Positions 23,745 to 36,990 of a stretch of 64,000 nt of DNA are shown here, one piece after another (within the stretch, counting starts at the first letter, position 1; every line of letters starts with the position of its first letter). A model generated the notes under the pieces. That model searched no databases. It was not told where the DNA came from and saw only the letters and a program-made list of their open reading frames with translations. The stretch is taken from contig NC_086097.1 in NCBI RefSeq assembly GCF_963921235.1, positions 14,632,001 to 14,696,000 of the forward strand, in the 5' to 3' direction. This DNA is from Mobula hypostoma. Lineage: Eukaryota. Made by a program: the position numbers and the translations under genes.

Positions 23745-24270
23745 TGGTTTAAGGTGACAGGGGTAAGATTTGAAAAGGACGCTGACGGGCAACTTATTTC
23801 ACACAGGAGGGTGGTGAGTATATAGGAGGAGCTGCTGGAGGAAGCTGTAGAGGCAGGCACAATCAAAGGCATGCGGACAGGTATGTGGATAGGAAAGGGC
23901 TAGCGGATATGGGTCAAACACAGGAAAATTGGGCTGGTTCAGGTCAGCAACTTGCTTGGCAAGAACAAGGGATCTGTTTTCGTGCAGTGTAACTCCACAA
24001 CTCTGTTACCCTCCCCACAAACTCATTTTCACAAGACAAGATCATTGCATTCACAATCTAACAACTCAATGATCGTGTAGCAAGACTTAGAGTCAAAGAG
24101 TTGTAGAGCATTAGAGCATGAAACCAGGCTGTTCAGCCCAATGAATCCGTGCTGACCATGATGATCTCTCAGCTAGTCCCGATTTCCTGTGTCGGCCCAT
24201 GTCCCTCTAAGCCCCGCCTCTCCATGGACCTGTCCAAATGCTTCTTAATTGATACTATTATACCTGCCTC
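23745..24270. mobile_element. Two CR1-like 3' fragments (plus ~23745-24005, minus ~24090-24270)
   Basis: cacacaggagggtggtgagtatatagg and gttcagcccaat...ccatgtccctctaagccc CR1 tail motifs. Confidence 0.6.
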
Positions 24271-24402
24271 AGCCCGTGCAATAAACCACAAAAGTATTCT
24301 TGTTTCAAGGATTGAACAATTGCACAAAGAAAAAGTGCAAAGTGCAATTGCACAAAGAGCTAAAGCAAAAAGCAACACAGCAAAGCGACTTGTCAATATG
24401 TA

Positions 24403-24988
24403 GGTCCTCCACTAATCAGGGTCGACCATAAATGTTGCATCTGAGCTGTCTACGTTGATACTCAAGCCATTATGCAAGGCAGGGGAGTACGATGTGCAGA
24501 GCAAGCTGCTGTCCGTGCAGCAAGCTCCCCCTCTTTACACAGCTGATGAATCCAAAGGAACGGCAGAGACCAATACAGTTTGGCACCAGCAGCATCGCAG
24601 GAGTCGCCAGTTAGTGTTGAACTCAGCATCAGTCTGCCTTAGGGACTCTAGCTTCAGATTTTTCCCTCGATGTTTGCTCCTGAAACCTTCCCCATGAGCA
24701 GGTATAGGCGCAAGGCAGCAGAGGTTTGCGATCAGAGTTTTTCTTCTCCTAGATGAGCTGCCAGCTAGAGCTGACGAATCCCATCTGCCCAAAGCAACTG
24801 ATTTTGAGGGACCAGTGACCCACCTTTTCCCCTTCTCTTTTCAGTAGAAACAGTTCCATCAGGCTTAGTAGCTAAGCCACACATGAACGGATTTGATTGT
24901 CATGGGCTATTTGCGGTGCACAACATTGGGAGCATTTAATAGGAGCTTATCCCCACTACTCCCTCGGCTATGATAACCTTAAGGAACC
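24403..24988 (-). mobile_element. RTE-5'UTR-like non-autonomous element, family A (near full-length)
   Basis: Shares both ends (ggttcctta... and ...ggtcgaccctga) with 33037-33598; no ORF. Confidence 0.65.
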
Positions 24989-25764
24989 GAGCTTGCCAAC
25001 GCACCATACAATTTAAGCAAGAGTCACTGATTTTAAGCGCAGTGCCCCACTGTGTATCGTGTAGCATCCACTAAGTGACTACAGAACCGGAATTGAATCT
25101 AGATCATTTTCAGTTTGCTTGTCTCAATGAAACATTGGATAAACTTGCCAAGCCTCAGAAGTTTCTTTCATTCTGCTTGAAGATATTCCATTTTTAAAAA
25201 ATGTATTTGTTCGTCAGTTTTCCATGGCATAATTTAAAAGCAATAAGGGTTAATTCAAAAAAAACTTTATGAACAAAATTAGTTTGCCACAGAAATGTCA
25301 TCTACTGATGTAATACACAGATATTCAGCTGGCAGAAACTTTTATTATATAGCTGGTTTCTATAGCAATATTGCTATAAATGTTTAAATGCAATGTAAGG
25401 ACTTATTTGACATTTGATTTGATTGATTCTCATTATAACACACTTTGATATTACAAAGCTCTTATATTAATAATTTTCTTGACTGTTTCCAATAAACCTG
25501 TGAGTCCAATGAACTCATCATAAGAACTAATCCTGTAGTCTGTAGTGGTTTATATTCAACACGTATATTGATCGTTTGTTTCCAGTTTCTCCATGTCCTC
25601 ACCCTTGTCTATTTCCAGCCTACTCAAACCCAGTGAGCCACTGAGGTTCCAGTGTTTGTCTAGTCCTGACTCTCATGTTCTGTCAGCTAGTGCTGAGCCA
25701 TTAGTTAACCAACCACTCAGCTTTGGAGTTCGTCCAGTTCCTTTGCGTCCTTTTACGTCACACT

Positions 25765-26620
25765 TTAAAGTTCAAAGTTCAAAGGAAATCTATTATCAAA
25801 GTACATATATGTCACCATATTCAACCCTGAGATTAATTTTCTACCAGGCATACTCAATAAATCCATAATAGAATAATAACCATAATAGAATCAATGAAAG
25901 ACCGCACCAACTTGAGAACTCAACCAGTGTACAAAAGACAACAAATTATGCAAATAAAAAAGAAGGAAATAATAATAATAATTAAAAAATAAATAAATAA
26001 GCAATAAATATTGAGAACATGAGATGAAGAGTCCTTTAAAGTAAGTCCATATGTTATGGGAAAATTTCAATGATGGGCAAGTGAAGTTGAGTGAAGTTAT
26101 CCCCTTTGGTTCAAAAGCCTGATGGTTGAGGGGTAATGACTGTTCCTGAACCTGGTGGTGTGAGGCCAGAGGCTCCTGTATCTTCTTCTTGATGGCAGCA
26201 AGGAGAAGAGAGCCTGTCCTGGGGGTGGTGGGGGTCCCTGATGATGGATGCAGTATAATGCATCTGTAGAGGGAGAAACAAGATCAACAGCATTTCATGT
26301 AGATGTGCTTAATGATGGGGTGGGCTTTACTCATGATGGATTGGGCTGTATCCAGTCCTTTTAGTAGGATTTTCCATTAAAGGGTACCGGTGTTTCCACA
26401 CCTGGCTGTGACGCAGCCAGTCAATATAATCTCCACCACACATCTATCGAAGATTGTCAAAGTTTTAGATGTCATGACGAAACTTCACAAACTCTGGAGG
26501 AAGTAGAGGCATTGCTGTAGTTTCTTCATAATTACACTCATGGGCTGGGGCCAGAACAGGTCCTCTGAAATAATAACAAAAGGACGTTAAAGTTGTTGAC
26601 CCTCCCCATCTCCGTGACCC
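25765..26620 (-). mobile_element. Rex1/Babar LINE 3' fragment
   Basis: aaagttcaaagttcaaag tail; ORF remnant ASIIRDPHHP. Confidence 0.8.
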
Positions 26621-26789
26621 ATTCATTAGCATCAGCTTGAACCCTTCCTTAAATCTCTCAGGAGTAAATTTTGTTCAATGCCTTCATATCTTTTTTTTTA
26701 TGTTAAAGGTTAAGGTTTGTTGAAGACACCACCGTTGTTGGCCAAACCAAGTGACGAGAGAGATTGAAAATCGGGTTAAATGGGGTGCT

Positions 26790-27520
26790 ACAACAACCAA
26801 AGCAAAACCAAAGAGCTGATTATGGATTGCAGGAGGATGACGCCAGAGGTCTGTGAGTCAGTCCTCATTAGGGGATTGGAGGTTGACAGGGTCAGCAACA
26901 TTAAATTCCTTGGTGTCATCATATCAGAGGACCAACACATAAATACCATTACAAGAAGGCACAGCAATGCCTCTAATTGCTTAGAAGTTTGTGTAGATTC
27001 AGCATGTCACAAAAAAATCTTGACAAACTTCCATGGACGTTCGGTGGAGAGTATCTTAACTGGTTGCATCACTTACATGGAGCACTGCCACAAGAAAGTA
27101 GCATCCATCATCAAAGTCCCCCACCATCCAGGCCATGCTCTCTTCTCGCTACTACCATCGAGCAGGAGGTACAGGAGCCTTATGTCCCACACGACCCAGT
27201 TTAGGGACAATAGTAACCCTATATCTATCTGGCTCCTGAACCGGGGTGGATAACGCCACTCATCACAACTGATTCTACAATCTACAGACTCACTTTCGGG
27301 ACTCTTTCCAGCTCATGTTCTCAGTCATTTTTATTGCACAGCTTGTCTTCTCTCGCACGTCGGTTGTCTGTCAGTTTTTGTTTATGTATCATTTTTTTGT
27401 AAATTCTATTGCAATTCTTTGCTGTAAGTACTTGCAGGAAAATGAATCTCAAGGTACCATGGTATGTGGCACCATACAGTATACGTATTTTGATGATAAA
27501 TTTTATTTTGACTTTGAATT
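26790..27520 (+). mobile_element. Rex1/Babar LINE 3' fragment
   Basis: ORF 26780-27253: KTKELIMD..KFLGVIISED..ESILTGCIT..HHPGHALFSLLPSSRRYRS. Confidence 0.85.
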
Positions 27521-28344
27521 TGTCTATACTGATTACTGACACTCATCGTCACATGCATCATCCTCTGACCTCTCCATGGCACTGATCATTAAGATACAAA
27601 ATACAAGAAATTATCGCAATCTATGTGTGGGTGGGATGTACAGAATCAAACAGAATGAAGGTGTTTCCATTGCAATGTTGTATCCAAATCCAGCCTTCTA
27701 ATTTCCTTCCACATGAAGCCCTGTCTTCCCTGTGCTCACTTTCTCCCTAAAGATTCATTCACTGATTTCATCTTGTCCAAACGATCAACAGCCTTTTGTC
27801 TGTACCCTATTGACCAAGCCAAAGTTTGATGTGGACACTGGTTTGTAATGATCTTTGGACATAGGCAGCAACTCTTCCAAAGAAATCCTTTCTATCTACA
27901 GTAAATACTGCATAAAATTACAGCACAGGAGAAGATCACCTAGCATATTAAGTTTGTGTTTGTTTGATTTTTACAGAACAGTTCATCCCATACCTATTTG
28001 TCTTCCTATTCAATTCTTTTCTGAGATCCATGAATGACAGTTTCCATGGCCCTTTCAGACATGGAGGTCGAGATCATAGTCCCATTCTTTCCAGCGTTCA
28101 ATATCTTTCCAAAGTCCTGCTGAATGTGTTGTTAAGACTCTTAATGAAGCCTGATTTAGGATAAGAATGGTACTAGCTTTGGTTCTATTCTCAAAAATAA
28201 CAGCATATATCTTCTTGCACACACTTGAACTACACCATTCTAGGTCAGTGATGGCAAATTCCATGTAAGCCCTGTCAATAAGAAATAACAATATTAAAAA
28301 AAGGTCCTATAATCCCTCTAACCTGCTGTGCTCTTCAGAAGATA

Positions 28345-29365
28345 ATGCTTCCCTTGTCCACTCGTCCATCCCCACTGATCTCCCTTCCGTAACTTACCCC
28401 TGTAAGTGGGACAGGTGCTACATCTGCCCCTACACCTCCTCCCTCATCATTATTTGGGGCCCAAAATGGTCCTTCTAGCAATACTTCACCTGTGAGTCTG
28501 TCAGTTATTTACTCTATTCAATGCTTCCAGGGCGGCATCCTCTACGTCAGTGAGACCCGACATAGATTAGGGGACCGCTTCGTCGAGCACCTTCCACCTT
28601 CTGAAGGTCTAACACAAAAGGTAAGGTATCCCATTGGCCACCCATTTCGATTCTACTTCCCATTCCTATCCCAACATGTCAGTCCGTAGCCTCTTCTACC
28701 GTCACCATGAAGCCATTCTCAGGTTGGAGAAGTAACACCTCATATTCTGTTTGGGTAGTCTCCAATTTGATGGCATGAATATTGATTTCTCTAACACTTA
28801 GTATTTCCCCCTTCCCCTTTCTCCCTTTTTCCATTTTCCTCTTTCATCCCTTCCCTTTTCCTCACCTGCCCATCAACTCCCCCGGTGCCCCTCTTCCTTC
28901 CTTTTCTCCCATGGTCCACTCTCTTCGTCTATATCAGATTCTTCCTTCTTCAACCCTTTACCTCTTCCACCTATTACCTCCCAGATTCTCACTTCAACCC
29001 CCTCCTCCCACCCACCTAACTTCACCCTCACCTGGTCTCATCTAACTAACACCTGCCAACATGTACTCCTTCTCCTCCACCCACCTAACTTCACCCTCAA
29101 CTGGTCTCACCTAACTAACACCTGCCAACATGTACTCCTTCTCCTCCACCCACCTAACTTCACCCTCACCTGGTCTCACCTATCACCTGCTGCTCCTTCT
29201 CCTCCCACCACCTTCTTACTCTGGCTTCTTCCTCCTCCTTTTCCAGTCCTGATGAAAGGTCTCGGCCCAAACCATCGGCTGTTCATTCCTCTCCATAGAT
29301 GCTGTCTGAACTGTTAAGTTCCTCCAGAATTTTGTGTGTTTCCAGTACCTGCAAAATCTCTTGTG
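28345..29365 (+). mobile_element. Penelope-like element (GIY-YIG remnant plus terminal repeat), older subfamily
   Basis: LYVSETRHRLGDRFVEHL; pyrimidine-rich 3' region; decayed hammerhead at ~29244-29281. Confidence 0.85.
29011..29183. repeat. 69-bp tandem repeat (~2.5 copies) within the Penelope 3' region
   Basis: Units start at 29011, 29080 and 29149. Confidence 0.85.
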
Positions 29366-29641
29366 CTGGTTGAGTTGGGTCCACTTTGCTCCCAATTTTT
29401 ATATCCTCTGATCCTATCATATCTAAATACCTACCAGACACAACCTTCAGTGAAGCCAATGTTGGAATGTCTGGGGTGGAGAATTCAAAATGCTCACAGC
29501 TCACTGCAGGAAGATATTTCTCTTCCACGAGCTGACCCCTTATCCTATCACCATGACTCCTAGAAGTAGTCTTTCCAGCCGGAGGATGTGCTCTCTTAAG
29601 ATCTCAAACGTTGATATATTAAAAATTGATAAAGACTGGGT

Positions 29642-30747
29642 TTCTTCGTTCAAACAATTGTCAACTAAATATAGTTTACCAAAAACCCATTTTTTTTTGG
29701 TACTTACAAATTAGAGATTTTCTGCGATCTCAGGTATATACATTTCCTAATAGTCCTGATAAGAACGTATTAGATGAAATTCTTAATATTAAATCATTTT
29801 ATAATGGTTCAATATCCAATATTTATGATATGTTGTTGGGAATGAGAAATGATTCTTTAGACAAAATCAAAAATCTTTGGGAACAAGATTTACAGACTTC
29901 AATTTCTGAAGAAACTTGGAATGAAATTTTTAAATTGGTTAATACTTCATCGTTATGCTGCTCATCATTCCCTCCTACAATTTAAAGTGGTTCATAGGGC
30001 TTATATGACCAAGGATAAGTTATCTAGTTTTTATAAGGATATATCTCCCTACTGTATAGGTGTAACAATGGAGAAGCTTCAATTATTCATATGTTTTGGA
30101 CATGTCCAAGTCTTGGAAAATACTGGAAGGAAGTATTCCAAACTTATCCTGTATTCTTTAAAGTAAATTTTAAGCCTAATCCTTTGACTGCCCTATCTGG
30201 TATTGTTGGAAGGAAAGATATCATTTTGAAGACATCTGATCTGCACATTCGGGCTTTTATCTCTCTTACGGCTAGGAGGGTGCTTTTGTTTAAATGGAAG
30301 GATGATATTCCGCCTAATCATGCTCAGTGGTTACGGGATGTTATGGCACGCCTAAATTTAGAAAAGATTCGTTGTTCAATTTCTGAATCTAACCAAAATA
30401 CTCAAAATTTGTGGGGGCCGTTTTTAAATTGTTTTCATAATCTTTGACTTCTCATTAAAGTACAGAAGTTGGTTAATAGCATATTTTATTGTCTGAGAAG
30501 GGTTTTTTTTCTTTTTTTTTCCCAAACAGCTTCGACTTTGGTAGTGGGTATAGACCTTTTATTTTATAAAATTGTTTATATTCTAATATAAGAATTAATG
30601 TAATCTATATGAATATAGAGTAAGGAGTTCGTTAATGTGATTCAATACACTGAAAAATACATATTTTCTCTTTTGTTTTATAATATGTATTCTCTTGGAC
30701 TCTGTATTCTTCTAAATAGAAATCAATAAAAATATTGAAAAAGAAAG
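29642..30747 (+). mobile_element. L1-clade LINE, 5'-truncated
   Basis: ORF2 C-terminus (QFKVVHRAY..HMFWTCPSL..YW..RLNLEKIR..WGPF), aataaa, A-rich tail; TSD aaagactgggt at 29631-29641 and 30748-30758. Confidence 0.9.
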
Positions 30748-30824
30748 AAAGACTGGGTGACCAACACTACAGGAGGTCAAATGTCCTTCTGCTGTGTAGT
30801 CTGTGGGATTGAAGATGATTTACT

Positions 30825-31420
30825 TCCAGAGTAACAGACACAAATTGCTGGAGGAACTCAACAGGGCAGGCAGCAGCTGTGGAAATAAATAAACAGTCAA
30901 CATTTTGGGCCGAGACCTTTCATTAGGACTGGAAGACACCAGGGCAAGAAGGTGGGGAGGGGGGGGAGGGGGAGGGGAATGAGTACAAGCTAAAAAGTGA
31001 TAGGTGAAGCCAGGTGTGGGAGGGGGTGGTGAAGCAAGAAGCTGGGAGGTGATAGGTGGTAGAGGCAAAGGACAGAATCTGATGGGAGAGGAGAGTGGAA
31101 TGAGGAGCAACACCAAGGGTGGATGATAGGCTGGTGGGGAGAAGAGGAGAAATAAGAGGGGAACAGACTGTGGAATAGAAGCGAGAATGGGGATGGGGGG
31201 TGCAATTACCAGAATTTAGAGAAATTAATGTTCGTGCCGTCAGGCTGGGGGCTACCCATATGGAATGTGAAGTGTTGCTCCTCCAACATGACAGTGGTCT
31301 CATCGAGGCCATGGACTGACATGTCAGAGTGGGAATGGGGACTGGAATTTAAATGGTTAGCCATCAGGGTATCCAGTTTGTTGCGGATGGAGTGAAGGTG
31401 CCTGACTTACTTCCATGCCA
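30825..31420 (-). mobile_element. Penelope-like element fragment, older subfamily
   Basis: Homologous to 46719-47650; decayed hammerhead at ~30893-30932. Confidence 0.8.
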
Positions 31421-32399
31421 GGTCTGTCAGCTCTGGAATGGCTAACAATGCCATTGTGGGAACTGCAGAGACAGATACGACAGGAGGTATCTAATGGTTT
31501 GTCAGGCTGTCCTCTACTTGCCATTGTCTCTGTGTCCCCCCGATGCACATTCTCAGGGTTCTAGAGTGCCTTCTACGCAGCCTTACAGAAAGAGCCCAGT
31601 GCACCGACTGAGTTTTTCTGCACTAAGTTGGCTTCATTGCAAATTGAGAGAGAGTTGAGGAATTGTGCTGACAGCAGGCAAGCAGGAAATGATGTTGCTC
31701 AGGTGTCAGAATGGACTGCAACCAGCGGGAACTGACTAATCTGGAAAATAATGTCTTCTGTAAGCAGAAGGAAAGATGAAATATTCAGCCGACAGGTGGG
31801 AATTTGATTTCTCAGTACATTCAGAGACAGCAGCAAGGTTTAAGCCTGGGATTCGGAAGAAAGCTTTCATGTTTGGTGAAGGTATAGAAGGAAAATGCCC
31901 AGAGTCTTGCATCTGATTACCAAAGTCGGTGAGTGTGAACATCAGAGGACTGAGTCAGCTGTCCATGGGCGTTGACATTCATACGATGTCACTTGCATGT
32001 ACCTGCCAACGTTTGCTGGTGTGAACATCAGCATCATGCCTACTGTAACGAAGAGTTATGGAGTTAACCATGGTCCCTGGGAGACGTTCAGACTCTGCGC
32101 AGACAGCATCTAAGGTCAGGATTGAATACCGGAGCCATACCGTAGAGGCTCTATTACACCATGCGGCAGATTGTGCACAAGTGTGAACAGAGAAAGGGAG
32201 TTCGTTGTACATAGGTGTGAACAGAAAAAAATGGTAGTTGTGCAGTAGTGAGAGATGAGTAAGCTTCTGAATATTGGTGCCGAGTGATTCCCCCAATCCA
32301 CATCATTACCTACTATGTAATTAGCAAGAACTTGTACAACACTACCCCCCTCCCCTCCCCTACACAACAGCAAGCTGTATCCTCTCTTCTCCTGAGCAG

Positions 32400-32716
32400 C
32401 ATATGCAAAATGCCAGGGGAACTCAGCAGGCCAGGCAGCATCTATGGAAAAAAAGGAAACAGTTGACATTTTGGGCCAAGACCCTTCTTCAGGACTGGAA
32501 AGGAAGGAGAGAAGTCAGAGTAAGTGGGGGGAGGGGAGGAAAAGTTCAATGTGCCAGTTGACAGGTGAAAGAGGGAGAGGGGGAGGGGTGAGGTAAAGAG
32601 CTGACAGGTTGATTGGTGAAAGAGATACAGGGCCGGAGAGGGGGGAATCTGATAGGAAAGGGTAGAAGACCATGGAAGAAAGGGAAGGGAGAGGATCACC
32701 AGAGGGATGTGATAGG
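32400..32716 (-). mobile_element. Penelope terminal-repeat fragment
   Basis: gaactcagcaggccaggcagcatctatgg...acccttcttcaggactgg. Confidence 0.75.
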
Positions 32717-33036
32717 CACCTCTCCTCCTGTCCTCTCCTGGCCTGAGGACTATCACAGCAACGAAATTATTGTCAAACTCAGTGCACCAGACTCATCAGA
32801 ATGGAGACCCAGTGCTGAGGGAACAATGCCTGTAAAATAATATCTCAGTTCAGCATTCTCATGGACAATGGAAAGAAAACTAGAATGAACAGTTTGTTTT
32901 AGAAAAGGAGTCCATTGGAAAAGAAAATCCAAAACAGCACACGGTGGAATTCTGAAAAAGAACAAGAACTGGAAATGCTGGAAACACTCATCAGATCAAC
33001 CTGTTTCTCTTTCTAAAGAATGCTTCCATATTGCCT

Positions 33037-33598
33037 CTGAGGTCTCCTTTGGTCAGGGTCGACCATGAATATTGCATCCTCGCTATCTAGCTACGCAAGT
33101 ACGATATGGAGGGCCAACTGTCGCCCATGTAGCCGGCTCCCCCTTCCACACAGCTGATGAATCCAAAGGAACGACAGGGACCGAAACAGTTTGGCACCAG
33201 CAGCATTGCAGGTGTCGTCAGTCAGCGTTGAACTTGACAGAGGACTGCCTTAGGAGCTCCGGCTTCAGATTTTTCCCTCGAGGTTTTACTCCCGAAGCCT
33301 TCCCCGTGAGTTGGTACAGCTGCAAGGCAGGGAGGCTTGAGATCTCGCTTTCTTTCTCCCAGATGAGCTGCCAACCCCAGCTGATGAGCCCCTTCTGCCC
33401 AAAGCAACTGGTTTTAAGGAGCCAGTAGCCCAACTTTGCCCCCTCTCCTGTCAGTAGAAAGGGTTCCGCTGGCATGGTAGCGAAGCCACACGTGAAGGTC
33501 AGGAGCTGGACTTGGGTGTCAGAGGTATTTGAGATGCACACCATTGGGAGCTTTTAAGAGGCCGTGGGAGCTTATCCCCACTACCACCCCTAAGGAAC
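33037..33598 (-). mobile_element. RTE-5'UTR-like non-autonomous element, family A
   Basis: Colinear with 24403-24988. Confidence 0.65.
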
Positions 33599-34440
33599 CA
33601 TATTGTGACTTTAAAGGAACATAGTAAAGTGCTGATGAACAGGATTAGTATATGTGGATGCCTGAGCATCACCATGGAGACGATGGGCTGAAGGGCCTGT
33701 TTTCAGCATTGTATGACTCTAGAAACCGGTGTCCAATAATATGATGCTTGGAATTACCATGAGACCCTTCAGCAGTGTAAGTGGATACACAGCTCACCTA
33801 GGAAGGAACTTCAGGGGGTAACTCACCCAATAAATTGACTGGCTGTACTGGAAAAGGACTTTGCTTCAGTACCTGCTTATTTGCATGCCTTGTTACCAAA
33901 TTAAAACTCACGTCGAAATTGAAGATGAAGCCACCTGTTCAACTTCCAGCTGAAAAATCATTGCAAAGGCCAAAAGCTGGAAATGGTGGAAAAATTGACA
34001 AATTGTGAAGGCTGTAACTGTTGAGTAAAACAGAATCCTGGAAATACTCAGCAGATCAGGCAGTGTCCATGGGAGGGAGAAACAGAATAGTCATTTCAAT
34101 GAATGGGCCATTGACCAATTCAATCTATTCCAAAGGCTGTTGATTTGAAACATGTCTCTCTCTACATACTGTATGTTGCCTGGCTAGTAGAGTGTTCACA
34201 CCATCTTCCAGGTTTAACTAAGATTTACTGAGGCTTCTCATCTTGAGCTCTGACCTATGTGGGTGAGAGGAGAGGGGCTTATGTTTGCTGTTGCTTTTTG
34301 CTGCTTGTTCTGTCTTGTTACATTCTGTATTGTTCTGCTGAATATACTGTCCACGGTACTGTATGTTGGCACCAGAATGTGCAGCCCCCAGCACATCCTT
34401 AGGTTGTGTTGGCTATTAACGCAAATGATGCACTTTCACT

Positions 34441-34658
34441 AACAAGAGAAAATCTGCAGACGCTGGAAATCCGAGCAATGCACACAAAAGGCTGGAGGAA
34501 CTCAGCAGGCCAGGCAGCACCTAGGAAAAGAGTACAGTCGACATTTCGGGCCGAAACCCTTCGGCAGGACATGGGTTTTGGCCCGAAATGTCGACAGTAC
34601 TCTTTTCATAGATGCTGCCTGGCCTGCTGAGTTCCTTAAGCAGTTTGTATGTGTCGTG
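34441..34658. mobile_element. Fold-back Penelope terminal-repeat insertion
   Basis: Inverted arms around ~34565-34572; degenerate TSD gcactttcact / gcatttttact. Confidence 0.8.
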
Positions 34659-36044
34659 CGCATTTTTACTGTAAGTTTTGATCTACACATGATCATTAAA
34701 TGAATCTGAATTGATGTATCTTGTTTTCTTCCATTACTTTGAATATCCCTCTTTTAAATTAAATTTGTGGTGATATTTCTCAGTGAAGCCTCTGCAGGAC
34801 TTTTGTTGCATGAACAGACTGTGCCGATGAGAGGCAGTCTGCAACACCCTTCAGAACCCCCAGCAAGTATTTTTTTAAATGCACGATGCAGAAAAATAAC
34901 AACAACAGTAACATCTCTTCTGTTTTCCACATGTCTCCCGAGGCTCCAGGCACGTGCCAACTCTCTCGGTGCGCCGTCCGGTTCAGAGCCGTGTCCCGTG
35001 AGGCAACTCATGAGCCAGCTCCCCCTGCCACCGCGTACACTAAGTGGCTGCCACACACCCTAATTTCTCCACTGAGCTGAGATGCTTGGAGCCAGCTAAT
35101 CCGAAGTGTGGAGGGATTGGAGACTCAGCCAAGATACGATGGACGGTGCTCCTTGCATGTTTCACGAGAGGGGGCACCTCTTGCTTTAAGACCATAAGAC
35201 GTAGGAGCAGAATTATGCCATTCGGTCCATGGAGACTGATCTGCTGATTCATCATCCGTAACAAGATAAGAAATAGGAGCAGGAGTAGGCCATCTGGCCC
35301 GTCAAGCCTGTTCCGCCGTTCAATAAGATCATGGCTGATCTTGCCTGCCTTTTCCCTATAACCCTTAATTCCCCTACTATGCAAAAATCTAGCCAACCTT
35401 GTCTTAGATATACTTACTGAGGTAGCCTCCACTGCTTCATTGGGCACAGAATTCCACAGATTCACCACTCTTTGGGAAAAGCAGTTCCACCTCATCTCCG
35501 TCCGAAATCTACTCCCCCGAATCTTGAGGCTATGTTCCCTAGTTCTAGTCTCACCTATCAGTGGAAACAACTTTCCTGCCTTTATCTTATCTGTCCTTTT
35601 CATAATTTTATATGTTTCTATAAGATCTCCCCTCATTTTTCTGAATTCCAGCGAGTACAGTCCCAGATGACTCAATCACTCCTCATAGTCTAACCCCCTC
35701 ATCACTGGAATCAACCTGGTGAACCTCCCCTGCACTACCTCCAAAGCCAGTATATCCTTCCTCAAGTAAGGAGACCAGAACTGCATGCAGTACTCTAGCA
35801 ATGAAGGCCAGCATTCCATTTGCCTTCTTGATAGCCTGCTGCACCTGCAAACCAACCTTTTGTGATTCATGCACAAGCACTCCCAAGTCCCTCTGCAAAG
35901 TAGCATGCAGCAAATTTTTACCACATAGTTGATAATCTGCTCTTTCATTTTTCTTTCCAAAGTTGATGACCTCACATTTACCAACATTGTACTCCATCTG
36001 CCAGACCCTTGTCCACTCACTTAACCTATCTATATCTCTCTGCA

Positions 36045-36275
36045 TAAACGTGAGGAATTCTGCAGATGCTGGAAATTCAAGCAACACACATCAAAGTTGC
36101 TAGTGAACGCAGCAGGCCACGCAGCATCTCTAGGAAGAGGTACAGTCGACGTTTCGGGCCGAAACCCTGTTAGTTAGTCCTGACGAAGAGTCTCGGCCCG
36201 AAATGTCAACTGTACCTCTTCCTAGAGATGTTGCCTGGCCTGCTGCGTTCACCAGCAACTTTGATGTGTGTTGCT
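36045..36275. mobile_element. Fold-back Penelope terminal-repeat insertion, young subfamily, nested in CR1
   Basis: Inverted arms of about 90 bp; 14-bp TSD tata(t/c)ctctctgca at 36031-36044 and 36276-36289; mutated hammerhead at 36176-36211 (+). Confidence 0.85.
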
Positions 36276-36621
36276 TATACCTCTCTGCAGACTCTCCATA
36301 TCTTCTGCACAATTTGCTTTTCCATTCAATTTAGTGTCATCAGCAAACTTAGATACACAATACTCAGTCCCCTTTCTGGATCATTAATGTATATCATGAA
36401 TATTTGTGGGCCCAGCACCAACCCCTGATTGCCAACCAGAGCAACACATATGTATCCTAACTCTCTGCTTTCTATTAGCTAACCAATCTTCTATCGATGC
36501 TAATACATCACCTCCAACTCAATGCATCCTTATCTAATGGGTAAGTTATCCCTCTCAACCCCATTCTCCTGCCTTCTCCCCATATCCTTTGGGAATCTAT
36601 CAACTTCCACCTTAAATATAC

Positions 36622-36903
36622 AGTACCCTATGACATAGTGGCATAGTGGCATCAGCGCTGGACTTTGGGGCGAGAGGTCCCGAGTTCGAATACGGCGGGC
36701 TCCCTCGCATGCTGTCCATCCATGCCTGGGTTGAGTGTTGAGTTAACAACCTGCCAGGTTTCAGATGCCCAAGATGCGCTGTATGATGAGCATACCAAAT
36801 AAAGGTTGTCATGACGGCGCCCCGACGACCCCACCAGGAGTTAAGGTTGCGCGCGTGCGCGCACACACACACACACACACACACGCACGCACGCACGCAC
36901 ACA

Positions 36904-36990
<87 letters not shown>
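36622..36990 (+). mobile_element. tRNA-Pro-derived SINE with (CA)n tail
   Basis: A box tggcatagtgg; ctttggggcgagaggtcccgagttcgaat resembles the tRNA-Pro(TGG) anticodon-to-T arm; non-tRNA body follows. Confidence 0.7.

Noticed and set aside
26780..27253. ALKBH8-like host gene (DUF1891 similarity)
   Set aside because: The motif belongs to the Rex1/Babar ORF C-terminus and recurs in many decayed copies here.
29011..29183. CRISPR-like array
   Set aside because: Tandem units with no unique spacers, in eukaryotic DNA with no cas genes.
33430..33520. HDV-like ribozyme in RTE-derived family A (TTCACGT resembles the CPEB3 L3 loop)
   Set aside because: Could not build P1, P2 and P3 pairings by eye; an RNArobo or Infernal search on the family consensus would settle it.
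35160..35180. CTCF-like ttcacgagagggggcacc
   Set aside because: Spacing deviates from the consensus core; too weak without a matrix score.
36634..36705. Functional tRNA-Pro gene
   Set aside because: No complete acceptor stem or terminator; it continues into a SINE body.
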